Part shown: piece after piece, positions 1-10,296 of the stretch
How positions within the stretch are numbered: the first letter of the stretch is position 1
Layout of the letters: each line of letters starts with the position of its first letter
From: Candidatus Omnitrophota bacterium
Lineage (GTDB): Bacteria; Omnitrophota; Gorgyraeia; Duberdicusellales; 4484-171
Assembly: GCA_037146775.1 (NCBI GenBank)
Contig: JBAWWL010000004.1
Span: 22,471 to 86,470, forward strand
Direction: 5' to 3'
DNA: 64,000 nucleotides
Notes under the pieces: model-generated
Database searches by the model: none
What the model saw: only the letters and a program-made list of their open reading frames with translations
Told to the model about the DNA's origin: nothing
Program-made: the position numbers and the translations under genes

Positions 1-511
1 AGATCTGCTTCGGAGTATTGGGAATATGGTCTTCTCCCCGAATAACATGTGTCAGTTGCATAAGCGCATCGTCTATAACACAACTAAAATTGTAAGTGGG
101 TGTACCGTCTTTTTTGATAATTACTTCTTCATTTTTTGGCAGTTCGGTAAAAACTATTTTGCCGCGGATAAGATCGTCTATTTCTATGCTGGTGAATTCA
201 TATTTAAAAAATATTGCACCATCTTTTTGGTAGGCATTGCCGCTTGCGATCAACTTTTGCGCATAATCACGGTACAAATCAAATCGCTTTGACTGGTAAT
301 AAATCTCATCCCAATCCATTTCCAGCCATTTTATGCTTTCTAAAATTTCTTCTAAATACTCCTGTTTAGAACGCTGTAAATCCGTATCTTCAATGCGCAG
401 GATAAAGGTTCCTCCGGTATGACGCGCATACAACCAGTTAAAAAGACATGTGCGTGCGCCGCCGATATGTAAATATCCTGTCGGTGAAGGCGCAAATCTT
501 ACTTTTACCAT
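1..511 (-). CDS. gltX: glutamate--tRNA ligase, N-terminal part (runs off the window edge)
   Basis: Manual translation: MVKVRFAPSPTGYLHIGGART...LRIEDTD...YYQSKRF...DGTPTYNF...THVIRGEDHIPNTPKQI; GGAG RBS upstream. Not in the ORF track because it is truncated. Confidence 0.95.
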   Translation of the reverse strand, partial: MVKVRFAPSPTGYLHIGGARTCLFNWLYARHTGGTFILRIEDTDLQRSKQEYLEEILESIKWLEMDWDEIYYQSKRFDLYRDYAQKLIASGNAYQKDGAIFFKYEFTSIEIDDLIRGKIVFTELPKNEEVIIKKDGTPTYNFSCVIDDALMQLTHVIRGEDHIPNTPKQI

Positions 512-553
512 AGGAAGCTCCTTTTGGTAGACGTTGTTTTTCTTACCAACAAA

Positions 554-1099
554 CTAACCCTTTGCCGCGTTAACGTATTCCATTCCTTTATTAAAAGCTT
601 TTATGTTCTGCGTTAACAACTCGCCAGAGATAAATGCTTCATTGAGAAATTCTAGAATTGTTTCTTTTTTTAGAAGTTCTGGTTTGAGCGCAATCAGTAT
701 CCCCAGGGCAACCGTGTTAGCCACTTTGGCATTGCCACATTCTAACGCCATAGCGTTAAGGGGCGCACACACCATCTGTATATCTTTACGCGCTGGTGCG
801 CGGGTAATTAAATCTGAATTTGCTATTACTAAACATCGTTTTTTTAATCCCTTTTCAAATTTATCCAGCGCTGGCTGGTTTAAGATAATAGCGATGTCGG
901 GATTTTCTATTAATGGCGATGCGATGAACGCCTCGGATATTTTTACAAAACAATACGCAGTGCCGCCCCTTACTTCCGCGCCGTATGAAGGAAAATAAAT
1001 AGGATATTTGCCTTCTTTGAGGGCAACGCTTGCCAACGCCTTACCTAAACTCATTATCCCTTGGCCGCCGAAACCGGAAAGAAGTATTTCCGTAATCAT
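554..1099 (-). CDS. 2-oxoacid:ferredoxin oxidoreductase gamma subunit
   Basis: GFGGQG and PSYGAEVRGG motifs; last gene of a delta-alpha-beta-gamma run. Confidence 0.92.
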   Translation of the reverse strand: MITEILLSGFGGQGIMSLGKALASVALKEGKYPIYFPSYGAEVRGGTAYCFVKISEAFIASPLIENPDIAIILNQPALDKFEKGLKKRCLVIANSDLITRAPARKDIQMVCAPLNAMALECGNAKVANTVALGILIALKPELLKKETILEFLNEAFISGELLTQNIKAFNKGMEYVNAAKG

Positions 1100-1833
1100 C
1101 TTTCTTTTATGACCCCCAGAGGGAATGCTTTCACCATTTCTTCTTCAATCCACTTCATGGCCTGCAAAGGCTCTTTCTGCCATACCGTAGGACAGGGACT
1201 TAAAATTTCTACGAGAGAAAACCCTTTTTTCTCGAGCTGATTACTAAAAGCTTGTTTTATGCACCGTGCAGTGTTAATAATTTCTTTCGGGTTGGCAAGA
1301 GATGTGCGGGCAACAAAACTAACGCCTTCAAGACCAGCAAGAATTTCGCTCACTCTTATCGGCCAGCCTTCGCCGAAAAGAGGATTCCTGCCCCGTGGTG
1401 TGGTGGCGGTTTTCTGGCCAATAAGCGTTGTCGGAGCCATTTGCCCGCCGGTCATCCCATAACAGGCATTATTTACGAAAACACAGGTAAGCTGTTCGCC
1501 GCGATTAGCAGCATGGAAAGTCTCGGCAAAGCCAATAGAAGCCAGATCTCCGTCTCCCTGATAAGTAAAAACAATTTTATCTGGCCGGCAACGCTTTATA
1601 CCGGTAGCAACGGCAAGGGCCCTACCGTGGGCGGCCTCGCAGACATCAAAATCCCAATAATCATAAGCCACTACCGCACAACCAACCGGCGCAATACCGA
1701 TAACTTGCTCACGTATACCCAACTCGTCGATCGTTTCGGCGACTAAACGATGTAATATGCCATGGCCACAGCCAGGACAATAGTGCGTGCTGGTTTCTTT
1801 AAGAGACTGTGGGCGAGAGAACTTCTTACTCAT
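1096..1833 (-). CDS. 2-oxoacid:ferredoxin oxidoreductase beta subunit (TPP-binding)
   Basis: YCPGCGHG, HGRA, GDGD, NN..YGMTGGQ, SPCPT; start moved to MSKKF (ATGA overlap with the alpha stop). Confidence 0.93.
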   Translation of the reverse strand: MSKKFSRPQSLKETSTHYCPGCGHGILHRLVAETIDELGIREQVIGIAPVGCAVVAYDYWDFDVCEAAHGRALAVATGIKRCRPDKIVFTYQGDGDLASIGFAETFHAANRGEQLTCVFVNNACYGMTGGQMAPTTLIGQKTATTPRGRNPLFGEGWPIRVSEILAGLEGVSFVARTSLANPKEIINTARCIKQAFSNQLEKKGFSLVEILSPCPTVWQKEPLQAMKWIEEEMVKAFPLGVIKER

Positions 1834-2891
1834 ACCAGTTTCTCCAGTGCCTGAACAATTTCCTGCGGCCGTGGTATACCACCGCCGGCTTTTCCTAGAA
1901 AATGGATGTCTTTCTCGGGTAAGCTCAGGCGGACATCCTCTATCATTTGCCCCAATGATTGTTCGACGACTAAAACTCTTTTTATTTTTTTTGCCACTTG
2001 GCGCAAACCCTTTTCGGGATACGGCCATAAGCTTATCGGCCGGAAGAGGCCGGCGCGTATACGCTTCTCTCTCAAAATATCAACCGCTTCACGGGCAATT
2101 CGCGCCTGCGAACCATATGCAACCACCAGACACGTTGCGTCCGAAACCTTGTAGGTATGGTATCTTTGCTCGTTCTTACGCAGCATATCCCATTTTTTCT
2201 TTAATAATTCGTTATGCATCTCCAAACGGCCTTCTTGCAGAAAAAAAGATTTTACTATATTGGCGGCTCTATTTTTTGCTCCCGCTAAAGCCCACGGCTT
2301 AGACGGCATTGTTTTTTTAAAACCGCTTTTTATGACAGGGGTGGCTGGTTCCATCATCTGGCCAATAATCGCATCCGCCAATACGACGACCGGGGTACGG
2401 TAATAATCCGCCACATCGAAAGAAAGACAGACCAGTTGCCCCGCCTCCTCAACGCTTGCGGGAGCGAATGCCGGAGTAAAATAATCTCCATGCCCGCCGC
2501 CTCGAGTAGTCTGAAAATAATCGCTCTGACCAGAAGCAATATTGCCTAAGCCAGGGCCGCCGCGCATTACATTAATAATTACCGCGGGAAGCTCGGCGCC
2601 GGCTAAATATGAAATACCTTCCTGCTTTAAGGAAATGCCTGGACTGGACGAACTGGTCATGGCTCGGTAACCAGCGGCTGAGGCACCAAAAACCATATTA
2701 ATTGCCGCAAGTTCGCTTTCAGCCTGTATAAAAATTTTATTTTCTTGATACATTCGTTTTGCCATGTACGCGATGAGCTCATTCTGAGGTGTAATAGGAT
2801 AACCGGCATAAAAATGACAGTGCGCCGCTATGGCAGCTTCCGCCATTGCTTCGTTTCCGGAAATTAATACTTTATTATTCGTCTTTTTCAT
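1830..2891 (-). CDS. 2-oxoacid:ferredoxin oxidoreductase alpha subunit (VorB/KorA-like)
   Basis: GYPITPQ, QAESE, TSSSSPG, RGGPGLG, GGGHGDY; start moved to MKKTNN. Confidence 0.93.
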   Translation of the reverse strand: MKKTNNKVLISGNEAMAEAAIAAHCHFYAGYPITPQNELIAYMAKRMYQENKIFIQAESELAAINMVFGASAAGYRAMTSSSSPGISLKQEGISYLAGAELPAVIINVMRGGPGLGNIASGQSDYFQTTRGGGHGDYFTPAFAPASVEEAGQLVCLSFDVADYYRTPVVVLADAIIGQMMEPATPVIKSGFKKTMPSKPWALAGAKNRAANIVKSFFLQEGRLEMHNELLKKKWDMLRKNEQRYHTYKVSDATCLVVAYGSQARIAREAVDILREKRIRAGLFRPISLWPYPEKGLRQVAKKIKRVLVVEQSLGQMIEDVRLSLPEKDIHFLGKAGGGIPRPQEIVQALEKLV

Positions 2892-2902
2892 ATATCTGCG
2901 CT

Positions 2903-3112
2903 CTATGTTTCTGTATAGATCTCTAAACAAGCGTCCGGGCAGACCAGAAAACAAAACCCGCAAGCAACACATTTCGTTTCTTCTTTAGCCTTAGCGTAAC
3001 GCACGCCGCGTTTATTTAGTTCGCGAGAAAGCACCAAGTGCTTTGTCGGACAAAAAGCGATGCAAAGTTGACAGCCTTTACAGGCGTCTTTGGTTATCGA
3101 AACTTTTCCCAT
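2903..3112 (-). CDS. 2[4Fe-4S] ferredoxin, oxidoreductase delta subunit
   Basis: Two CxxCxxCxxxCP motifs. Confidence 0.92.
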   Translation of the reverse strand: MGKVSITKDACKGCQLCIAFCPTKHLVLSRELNKRGVRYAKAKEETKCVACGFCFLVCPDACLEIYTET

Positions 3113-4971
3113 AACACTTCCTGTCTCAGCGCCTTTTCAATTCTCATTTTCAGGCTAAGCGAATCTAGGCCGTACATCTTCATCAGATCTTCGCGCTTAG
3201 CCGAGGGAATAAATTCGTCGGGAAAGCCCGCCCTAATAAGCTTCGAGCGATCCAACAAGCCTTCTTTTTCGTAAAATTCCATTACCGCGCTCCCGAATCC
3301 TGCGGCCAAACTTCCTTCTTCCATAGTCACCAGCAGTGTGTGGCTCTCGGCGAGAGTACGCAATAGCGCTTCATCTAACGGCTTAATAAATCGCGCATTC
3401 ACCACAGTAGCGTCAATATTTTCTTCTTTCAGCAAGGTTGCCGCTTCTAGAGCGGTTTTCACCATGGAACCAAGCGCGATAATACAGACGTCTTTTCCTT
3501 CCAAAAGCAACTGGGATTTACCAAGTACAACTTTTTTTCTCATCCCCAGCGAATAGGCTTCTCCTTTAGGGTAACGAATACTTACGGGCGAGTCGAGATG
3601 GCAGGCCAATTCAAGCATATCCTCGAGTTCCTCTTTATCCTTGGGGGCCATGCACACCATATTCGGAATCAAACGCAAGTAGCCTATATCAAACACCCCG
3701 TGATGGGTAGGCCCGTCTTCACCAACCACTCCCGCGCGATCAATAGCAAAAATAACCCCTGCGTTCTGTAGGGCAACATCATGGACTATCTGATCAAACG
3801 AGCGCTGTAAAAATGTCGAATAGATTGCTACTACCGGCTTCATGCCGCCCTTAGCAAGGCCGCTGGCAAATCCTACCGCATGCTCTTCCGCAATACCGAC
3901 ATCGAAAAACCGGCGCGGAAAACGTTCCTTAAAAAGATGCAGCCCCGTACCTGTAGGCATGGCCGCGGTAATAGCAACGATTCGTTCGTTAACTTCGGCT
4001 AAAGAGATTAGTTTTTTGGCCAATATTTCATTAAAAGGATCTTTGCTTTCCTTTAAAGGCGCTCCCGTATTAATAGAAAAAGGAACCGCGCTATGAAAAT
4101 TTTCAGGGTTGGTTTCGGCAGGAACATACCCTTTTCCTTTTTTGGTTATCACATGCAAAATCCGTGGGCCCTTTAAGGGAAGAACATTGGCAAGCATGGG
4201 AATAAAGACGTTAAAATCGTGCCCGTCAATCGGACCGAAATACCTAAAACCAAGTTCTTCGAAAAATATGCCGGGAACAAGCAGCCCCTTGAGCGCTTCT
4301 TCAAACTTCCTTACTCGAGAAGCAAAATGCTGCACTACGGAAAATTGTTTTAAAAAACTTTCCAGTTCACCCTTGATACGGTTGTAAACCGGCGTGGAGA
4401 TGAGTTTCACGAAATAATTGCTTAAGGCTCCCACCGAAGGAGCGATACTCATTTCGTTATGATTAAAAATAATCAATACATTGCTCTGTGTATGCCCACA
4501 GCTGTTTAAGGCTTCGAAACACATACCACCGGTTAAAGAACCGTCACCGATGACTGCGATGGTTTTAGAATCGTGCGCGCGCAATTTCTTGGCATCAGCC
4601 ATTCCTTGTGCCCAAGAGATAGCTGTTGAGGCGTGCCCTGAAGTATAGACGTCATACGCTGACTCTGCAATATTGGGAAAACCGCTCACTCCTTTATACT
4701 CGCGTAACGTCTTAAATGCATCTTTGCGACCGGTAATAATCTTGTGAGCATATGCCTGGTGCCCAACATCAAAGATGACGGTATCGGAAGGGGTGTGAAG
4801 ACAATAGTGCAGTGCGACACACAACTCTACTGCCCCCAATGAAGAGGCTAGATGGCCACCGCGCAGAGAAACAACCGAAAGGATAAGTTGGCGTATCTCG
4901 TTACTTAGGATTTTGAGTTCTTCGACGGATAAACTTTTGAGATCTTGAGGAGAATTTACTTTCTCTAACAT
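3094..4971 (-). CDS. dxs: 1-deoxy-D-xylulose-5-phosphate synthase
   Basis: GGHLASSLG, DVGHQAY, GDGSLTGG, IAEEHA, YSTFLQR, DRAGVVGEDGPTH. Confidence 0.97.
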   Translation of the reverse strand: MLEKVNSPQDLKSLSVEELKILSNEIRQLILSVVSLRGGHLASSLGAVELCVALHYCLHTPSDTVIFDVGHQAYAHKIITGRKDAFKTLREYKGVSGFPNIAESAYDVYTSGHASTAISWAQGMADAKKLRAHDSKTIAVIGDGSLTGGMCFEALNSCGHTQSNVLIIFNHNEMSIAPSVGALSNYFVKLISTPVYNRIKGELESFLKQFSVVQHFASRVRKFEEALKGLLVPGIFFEELGFRYFGPIDGHDFNVFIPMLANVLPLKGPRILHVITKKGKGYVPAETNPENFHSAVPFSINTGAPLKESKDPFNEILAKKLISLAEVNERIVAITAAMPTGTGLHLFKERFPRRFFDVGIAEEHAVGFASGLAKGGMKPVVAIYSTFLQRSFDQIVHDVALQNAGVIFAIDRAGVVGEDGPTHHGVFDIGYLRLIPNMVCMAPKDKEELEDMLELACHLDSPVSIRYPKGEAYSLGMRKKVVLGKSQLLLEGKDVCIIALGSMVKTALEAATLLKEENIDATVVNARFIKPLDEALLRTLAESHTLLVTMEEGSLAAGFGSAVMEFYEKEGLLDRSKLIRAGFPDEFIPSAKREDLMKMYGLDSLSLKMRIEKALRQEVLWEKFR

Positions 4972-5330
4972 TATTTTTCTTCGACCACGATACTGTTAAT
5001 AAACCCTTCAATAAAAATGCGGTCGGGTTCGTTGATCTCATAAAATTCTATGCCGGTATCGCTGTAAGTGACGCCTTTACGGTAGGGGCTTTCTTTGCCG
5101 ACTACCCAGACGATACGGCCCTTACAATGGATGACGGCGTCTTTCAGGTGTACTTCCAGACCTACGATAGTTGCAAGTTCTAGTTGTTCCTCAATGATTA
5201 CCCGCACGCCGCCGGCCGATATGTTTTCCGTATGAGTTGAGATGACATGCTGGCGAGAAGGAAGAATAAATATTTTACAGGGGAACCTTGCCCTGACAAA
5301 TCTTCTTTTTTCTGTTCCGCCAAAATCCAT
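4971..5330 (-). CDS. single-domain PilZ protein (c-di-GMP receptor)
   Basis: EKRRFVR (RxxxR) and NISAGG (D/NxSxxG). Confidence 0.85.
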   Translation of the reverse strand: MDFGGTEKRRFVRARFPCKIFILPSRQHVISTHTENISAGGVRVIIEEQLELATIVGLEVHLKDAVIHCKGRIVWVVGKESPYRKGVTYSDTGIEFYEINEPDRIFIEGFINSIVVEEK

Positions 5331-5362
5331 ATCTCTCCTTGCTTGTTACCGAAAGATAAAAA

Positions 5363-6160
5363 TCAGACGCCTGTTTTCTGTTGGCATTCAACCCTTTTTA
5401 TAGAAAATGCCCGGCCAGTCGCCTCATCCACTTCGATAATAACACCCTGCATACGCACGTCGCCCTCGGCCAAATTGAAACGTACCGGCATATTCGTTAC
5501 AAACCGTTCGATAATTTGATGTTTCTCTCTGCCCAAGACCGAATCAAAACTACCGGTCATGCCTACGTCGGTAATGTAAGCGGAGAAGTTGTCGATAATA
5601 CGCTCATCAGCCGTGGGTATGTGTGTATGCGTACCAACAACTGCACTTACTTTTCCGGCAAGAAAATAGCCGAGTGCTAATTTTTCGCTGGTCGCCTCAG
5701 CATGAATATCTACCAGGATTATCTTTGCTTTACTCCTAATGTCATCAAGAATTGCCTTGGCGGCCCTAAAAGGGCATTCCGCCGGTTGCATAAAAACTCT
5801 GCCCAAAAGATTAATAATACCTATTTTTTTACCGTTTACCTCTTTTACCATATAGCCTCTACCGAAAGCTAGATCACCGTAATTAAGCGGCCTGATCACA
5901 TCCATCGTTTCCAGAACTTCGCGGGCCTCCTGTTTCTTAAAAATATGGTCGCCGGTAGTAAGCATATCTATGCCGGCGGCAAAAAGGTCTTTTGCGGTAG
6001 CGATGGTAAGGCTCGAGCCTCCAGCAGCATTTTCTCCATTGGCTATAATAACATCCAGGCCAATGCTTTCACGCAATGATGGCAGCAACTCTTTGAGGTA
6101 TAACCGTGCGGGCTTGCCTACAATATCACCGATAAATAATAACTTTACCGTGTTAGACAT
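5363..6160 (-). CDS. ymdB: YmdB-family metallophosphoesterase (TIGR00282)
   Basis: GDIVG, NGEN, HAEATSEK, GTHTH, TDVGMTG; downstream of rny as usual. Confidence 0.93.
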   Translation of the reverse strand: MSNTVKLLFIGDIVGKPARLYLKELLPSLRESIGLDVIIANGENAAGGSSLTIATAKDLFAAGIDMLTTGDHIFKKQEAREVLETMDVIRPLNYGDLAFGRGYMVKEVNGKKIGIINLLGRVFMQPAECPFRAAKAILDDIRSKAKIILVDIHAEATSEKLALGYFLAGKVSAVVGTHTHIPTADERIIDNFSAYITDVGMTGSFDSVLGREKHQIIERFVTNMPVRFNLAEGDVRMQGVIIEVDEATGRAFSIKRVECQQKTGV

Positions 6161-6383
6161 ACCTATGCATTGTATACCTCGTCATGGATTTCCTCAATAA
6201 CTTTATACAACATCGGTTATCTGGCCGGATAAGGCATGAAGATCTCCCGAAAACCTTCCGGAGTTACCCGGATGTTACCCTGAATTTTTCCAGACCCCAG
6301 GCCATACGCAACAAAATTAAAGCTTTTTGGCGGAACCAAGAACGAATAAACAACATTGCACAATAACCTGCCCCGGATGCCGG

Positions 6384-7940
6384 CTACTTAGCGTAGTCTA
6401 CCGCTCGGGTTTCTCTAATAGCGGTAATTTTTATGTTCCCGGGATAATCCATTTCTTGTTCGATTTTTTTCTTTATTTCGTGAGCAAGCAACGCAACCTC
6501 TTCATCTTTCACTTTACTCGGCTGCACAATAACACGTATTTCTCTTCCTGCTTGAATCGCGTAACTTTTATCGACTCCGGCGAAAGAGTTTGCCAATGTT
6601 TCCAGCTGACGCAGACGTTTAATATAACTCTCCAGAGTTTCCCGGCGCGCGCCAGGACGCGAGGCCGAAATAGCATCGGAAATTAAAGCAAGCAGAGAGT
6701 AGATGGAAGTAAATTCTTTTTCTTCATGGTGAGCTTCTGCGGCATTAATAACTGTTTCATTCTCGCCGTATTTTTTTAAAAGCTCGGCACCTATCTGCGC
6801 ATGCGTTCCTTCTACCTGATGGTCCACCGCTTTCCCAATATCGTGCAGCAACCCGGCGCGTTTGGCAAGGCGCGGATCAAGCTCCATCTCTGCTGCCAAA
6901 ATTCCCATGATAAACGCTACTTCTTTAGAATGTTGTAATGCATTCTGGCCAAAGCTGGTACGGTATTTTAGCTTACCTAAAAGCTTTATCAGCTCGGGGT
7001 GAAGATTATGAATCCCAACATCAAAAGCAGCAGCTTTTCCCTCTTCCATTAATTGTTTGTCAAAATCCTGTTTTGTTTTCTCGACGATTTCCTCGATACG
7101 GGCGGGGTGAATTCTGCCGTCCTGAACCAGGCGCTCAAGAGAAATACGAGCTACCTCCCTTCTCACGGGATCGAAACTGGAAAGGTTAACTGCCTCCGGA
7201 GTGTCGTCGATCACCAAATCTACCCCGGTTGCCATTTCAAAAGCGCGGATGTTACGGCCTTCACGGCCGATAATTCTACCCTTTATTTCGTCGTTAGGAA
7301 GCTGTACAACGCTTACCGTACTTTCTGTTGTCTGCTCAACGGCGCAGCGCTGAATCGCCAACGAAACCATTTCGTGAGCTTTCTTGTCCGCTTCCTCCTT
7401 AATTTCATCCTCCATCATCTTAATCATCTTTGCTTTTTCCATACGCAGCTCTTCTTCGTAACGCTTAAGCAACAATTCGCGCGCTTCTTGGGGCGTAAGA
7501 GAAGATATTCTTTTTAACTTTTCTTTTTCTTCCTCAATGAGCTGTTTCAGGGAATTATTTTTATCTTCTAAGTCTTGAGAGAGCCGTTTTAGGTCGGTTT
7601 CGCGGCGACCGATCTCCTGCTCTTTGCTTTCGATAAAATCCAGCCTTTTTTCAAGATTTTCTTCGCGCTGGATAAGCCGCTTTTCCATCTGGAAAAGTTC
7701 TTCTTTTTTGCCAGCATTTTGCTTTTCGAAATCTACGCGCAGTTTATACAACAGCTCTTTACCGTCCAAGTCTGCTTTACGTACGATTTCTTCGCCTTTT
7801 AGCTTGGCTTCTTTAATGATCTTTTCCGCATCTTCCTTTGCCTTTTTCAGTTTATTTTTTTCAAAAATTTCACCTAGCCACCAACCAGCGACTAAGCCGG
7901 CTCCGACACCGCCGATTACACAAAGAATAGCCTGTAACAT
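6384..7940 (-). CDS. rny: ribonuclease Y
   Basis: N-terminal TM, coiled coil, KH ([13 protein letters not shown]), HD (LLHDIGK); GGAGG RBS before MLQAIL. Confidence 0.97.
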   Translation of the reverse strand: MLQAILCVIGGVGAGLVAGWWLGEIFEKNKLKKAKEDAEKIIKEAKLKGEEIVRKADLDGKELLYKLRVDFEKQNAGKKEELFQMEKRLIQREENLEKRLDFIESKEQEIGRRETDLKRLSQDLEDKNNSLKQLIEEEKEKLKRISSLTPQEARELLLKRYEEELRMEKAKMIKMMEDEIKEEADKKAHEMVSLAIQRCAVEQTTESTVSVVQLPNDEIKGRIIGREGRNIRAFEMATGVDLVIDDTPEAVNLSSFDPVRREVARISLERLVQDGRIHPARIEEIVEKTKQDFDKQLMEEGKAAAFDVGIHNLHPELIKLLGKLKYRTSFGQNALQHSKEVAFIMGILAAEMELDPRLAKRAGLLHDIGKAVDHQVEGTHAQIGAELLKKYGENETVINAAEAHHEEKEFTSIYSLLALISDAISASRPGARRETLESYIKRLRQLETLANSFAGVDKSYAIQAGREIRVIVQPSKVKDEEVALLAHEIKKKIEQEMDYPGNIKITAIRETRAVDYAK

Positions 7941-8002
7941 AATGACCTCCTTCAAAGACGACACGTCTTAAGTAGTAACACAATTACGCTCAAAAACCGA
8001 GG

Positions 8003-8584
8003 TTAGATAGTGAAATGTTCGCTGACAATGAGATCGACTTTTTCGTCGAAAGGAGGATGAATAGGAAGGTCGTCGCAGATTTGGAAATCAAACGCAATCC
8101 CAACCTTGCTGGTTGGGGGATGTATGTTTTTCAGGAAACGGTCGTAGAAACCAGCGCCTCTGCCCAGCCGGTTTTTCTCTCGATCAAACGCGAGAGCCGG
8201 CACGATAATCATGTCTATCTCACTTGTGGTAACTTTTCTTGTCCGTGAGGACAAAGGCTGTCTTACGCCAAATGGCCCAACTGCAAAATCATCTTCTAAA
8301 TTACTGACCTGAAAAGCCTGTAATTCTTTTTTGGCTACATCCATAACCGGAAAACAGAACCGTTTTGATTTCAAATCTTTCCTAATCATCCTCAGAATAT
8401 CTACTTCTCCCTTTAGAGGAAAATACGCCATAATAACTTTTGCTTTTTTATATAAAGGTAAGTTCGATAGTCTTTCCGTAACATTGTCGCTCCTCCTTTT
8501 TAATTCCTCTGCAGTTAGCGATAAAAGTTTCGCCAATAATTTTGCCCTTAATTCTTTCTTTTCGCCACTTATAGCCATTAGCAT
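8003..8584 (-). CDS. 5-formyltetrahydrofolate cyclo-ligase
   Basis: KKELR, EVD, IVPALAFD, RLGRGAGFYDRFL. Confidence 0.93.
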   Translation of the reverse strand: MLMAISGEKKELRAKLLAKLLSLTAEELKRRSDNVTERLSNLPLYKKAKVIMAYFPLKGEVDILRMIRKDLKSKRFCFPVMDVAKKELQAFQVSNLEDDFAVGPFGVRQPLSSRTRKVTTSEIDMIIVPALAFDREKNRLGRGAGFYDRFLKNIHPPTSKVGIAFDFQICDDLPIHPPFDEKVDLIVSEHFTI

Positions 8585-8591
8585 GTTTTAT

Positions 8592-8620
8592 AGTATACCA
8601 TTTTTCTCGAAATAAGTAAA
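8592..8620 (-). promoter_or_regulatory. sigma70-type promoter for the cyclo-ligase-rny operon
   Basis: TTTACT-17 bp-TATACT with extended TG, just upstream of the start codon. Confidence 0.6.
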
Positions 8621-8758
8621 CTCTGGGTAGAAATTATCTTTTATCGCTTTTTACCTAAAAATAGATGGTATACCGATTTTTTACAAAATATGCTTACTGT
8701 ATGTGGTTTTTTTCTTATGAGCGCCTTGCAATATATACCTATCTAAAGACTGGTTTGG

Positions 8759-10255
8759 CTAAAAACCATACCAATAATTCACCAAAGGCTTACCGTCAGT
8801 AGTGTTGTCCGCTAAAACATTCTTGAGGCGGGTGTATTCAAAAAAACCTTCCCTGCCTAACTCTTTGCCGAAACCGCTTTGTTTAAATCCGCCATACGGT
8901 AATTCATTAAAAAACATGCCGTAAGTGTTAACCCACACGGTGCCGGCATTAATTTTCTTTGCTGTCGATTGAGCGATAGAATCGTTGCTTGTCCAGATGG
9001 CTGCAGCCAGCCCGAATTCAGAATCGTTGGCTAATTGAATGGCTTGTTCTGCGGTAGTAAATTTCCCGATACACACAACCGGGCCGAAAACCTCTTCCCG
9101 GAAAATATCCATTTCTGGAGTCGTTGCAGCTAAAACCGTAGGTTCAAAGAAAAAGCCTTTTTTGAGTTTTTCGTCAGCAGGAACCTTTCCACCGCATAAA
9201 ACTTTTGCCCCTTGTTTTTTTGCCTGTTCAATCAAACTTATTACTTTATCGCGCTGCTGCTTCGAAATTAACGGGCCCATTTGTGTTTCAAAATCAAGAC
9301 TGTTGCCTAATTGGATACGCTGCGTTTTCTTAACAAAATCATTTATGAATCGTTCGTAAATACTGCTTTGCACAAAAATACGCGACATTGCCGTACACAT
9401 TTGCCCTTGATTTAAGAAAACGGAACAAAGCGAGCCGTTAACTGCCGCTTCCATATCCGCATCATCCATAACGATACTGGCGGATTTTCCTCCTAACTCC
9501 ATAATTGTTTTTTTGACATTATCGGAAGTATATTCTAATATTTTTCTCCCCACACTGTTACTTCCGGTAAAAGAAATCATATCCACACGGTTATCGCGGC
9601 ATAGATGTGCGCCAACAACCTCTCCGGGGCCCGTAATGACATTCACTACTCCGGCAGGCAAACCTGCCCCAAGACAAATTTTTCCGAGTTCCAGGGCGGT
9701 GAGGGGTGTCAGCGTTGATGGTTTTAAAATGACGGTATTTCCGGCAGCAAGCGCCTGAGCCATTTTCCAAGAAGCAATTAAAAGCGGGTAATTCCAAGGG
9801 ACAATTAAAACAACCACCCCACGCGGTTCGCGGATAAGCGTACTTTTAGCGTTTGCTATTTGTGAATTAATTAATATCTCTTCTTCTTCTAAAAAACGCT
9901 CTAAATTATTAGCAAAATACTCAAAAGTGGCGGCGGACGAAGGGATGTCCATAAAAGTTGTTTCTTTAATGGGTTTCCCGGTGTTTAAACTTTCTAGATT
10001 TGCCAATTCGCCGGCTTTTTCTAAAATACCCTGCGATATTTTAAGTAGGTAATTTTTGCGTTCGCTAAAACTTATACTATTCCACGCTCCTCTATCGTAG
10101 GCTTTGCGTGCAGAGCTTATTGCCAGCTCCACTTCTTTTTTATCCGCCACAGAAACCGTAGCAATAGCTTCGCCTGCACAAGGATTAATAATGTCCTGTC
10201 TCTCTTTTGAGTCTTTAAGTTCACCGTTAATGAATAATGAATAATGTGAAATCAT
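8759..10255 (-). CDS. NAD(P)-dependent aldehyde dehydrogenase
   Basis: PWNYP, FTGS, ELGGKS, catalytic Cys in NQGQMC, EEVFGPV. Confidence 0.95.
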   Translation of the reverse strand: MISHYSLFINGELKDSKERQDIINPCAGEAIATVSVADKKEVELAISSARKAYDRGAWNSISFSERKNYLLKISQGILEKAGELANLESLNTGKPIKETTFMDIPSSAATFEYFANNLERFLEEEEILINSQIANAKSTLIREPRGVVVLIVPWNYPLLIASWKMAQALAAGNTVILKPSTLTPLTALELGKICLGAGLPAGVVNVITGPGEVVGAHLCRDNRVDMISFTGSNSVGRKILEYTSDNVKKTIMELGGKSASIVMDDADMEAAVNGSLCSVFLNQGQMCTAMSRIFVQSSIYERFINDFVKKTQRIQLGNSLDFETQMGPLISKQQRDKVISLIEQAKKQGAKVLCGGKVPADEKLKKGFFFEPTVLAATTPEMDIFREEVFGPVVCIGKFTTAEQAIQLANDSEFGLAAAIWTSNDSIAQSTAKKINAGTVWVNTYGMFFNELPYGGFKQSGFGKELGREGFFEYTRLKNVLADNTTDGKPLVNYWYGF

Positions 10256-10296
10256 TTTACTGCTCTCTTTAAAATGGTAAGAGTGGTTTTCCCGAT

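Noticed and set aside
6161-6383. 6S RNA or other ncRNA in the rny-ymdB gap
   Set aside because: Size fits and the neighbourhood is suggestive, but I could not find the long end-to-end pairing of 6S; needs an Rfam scan
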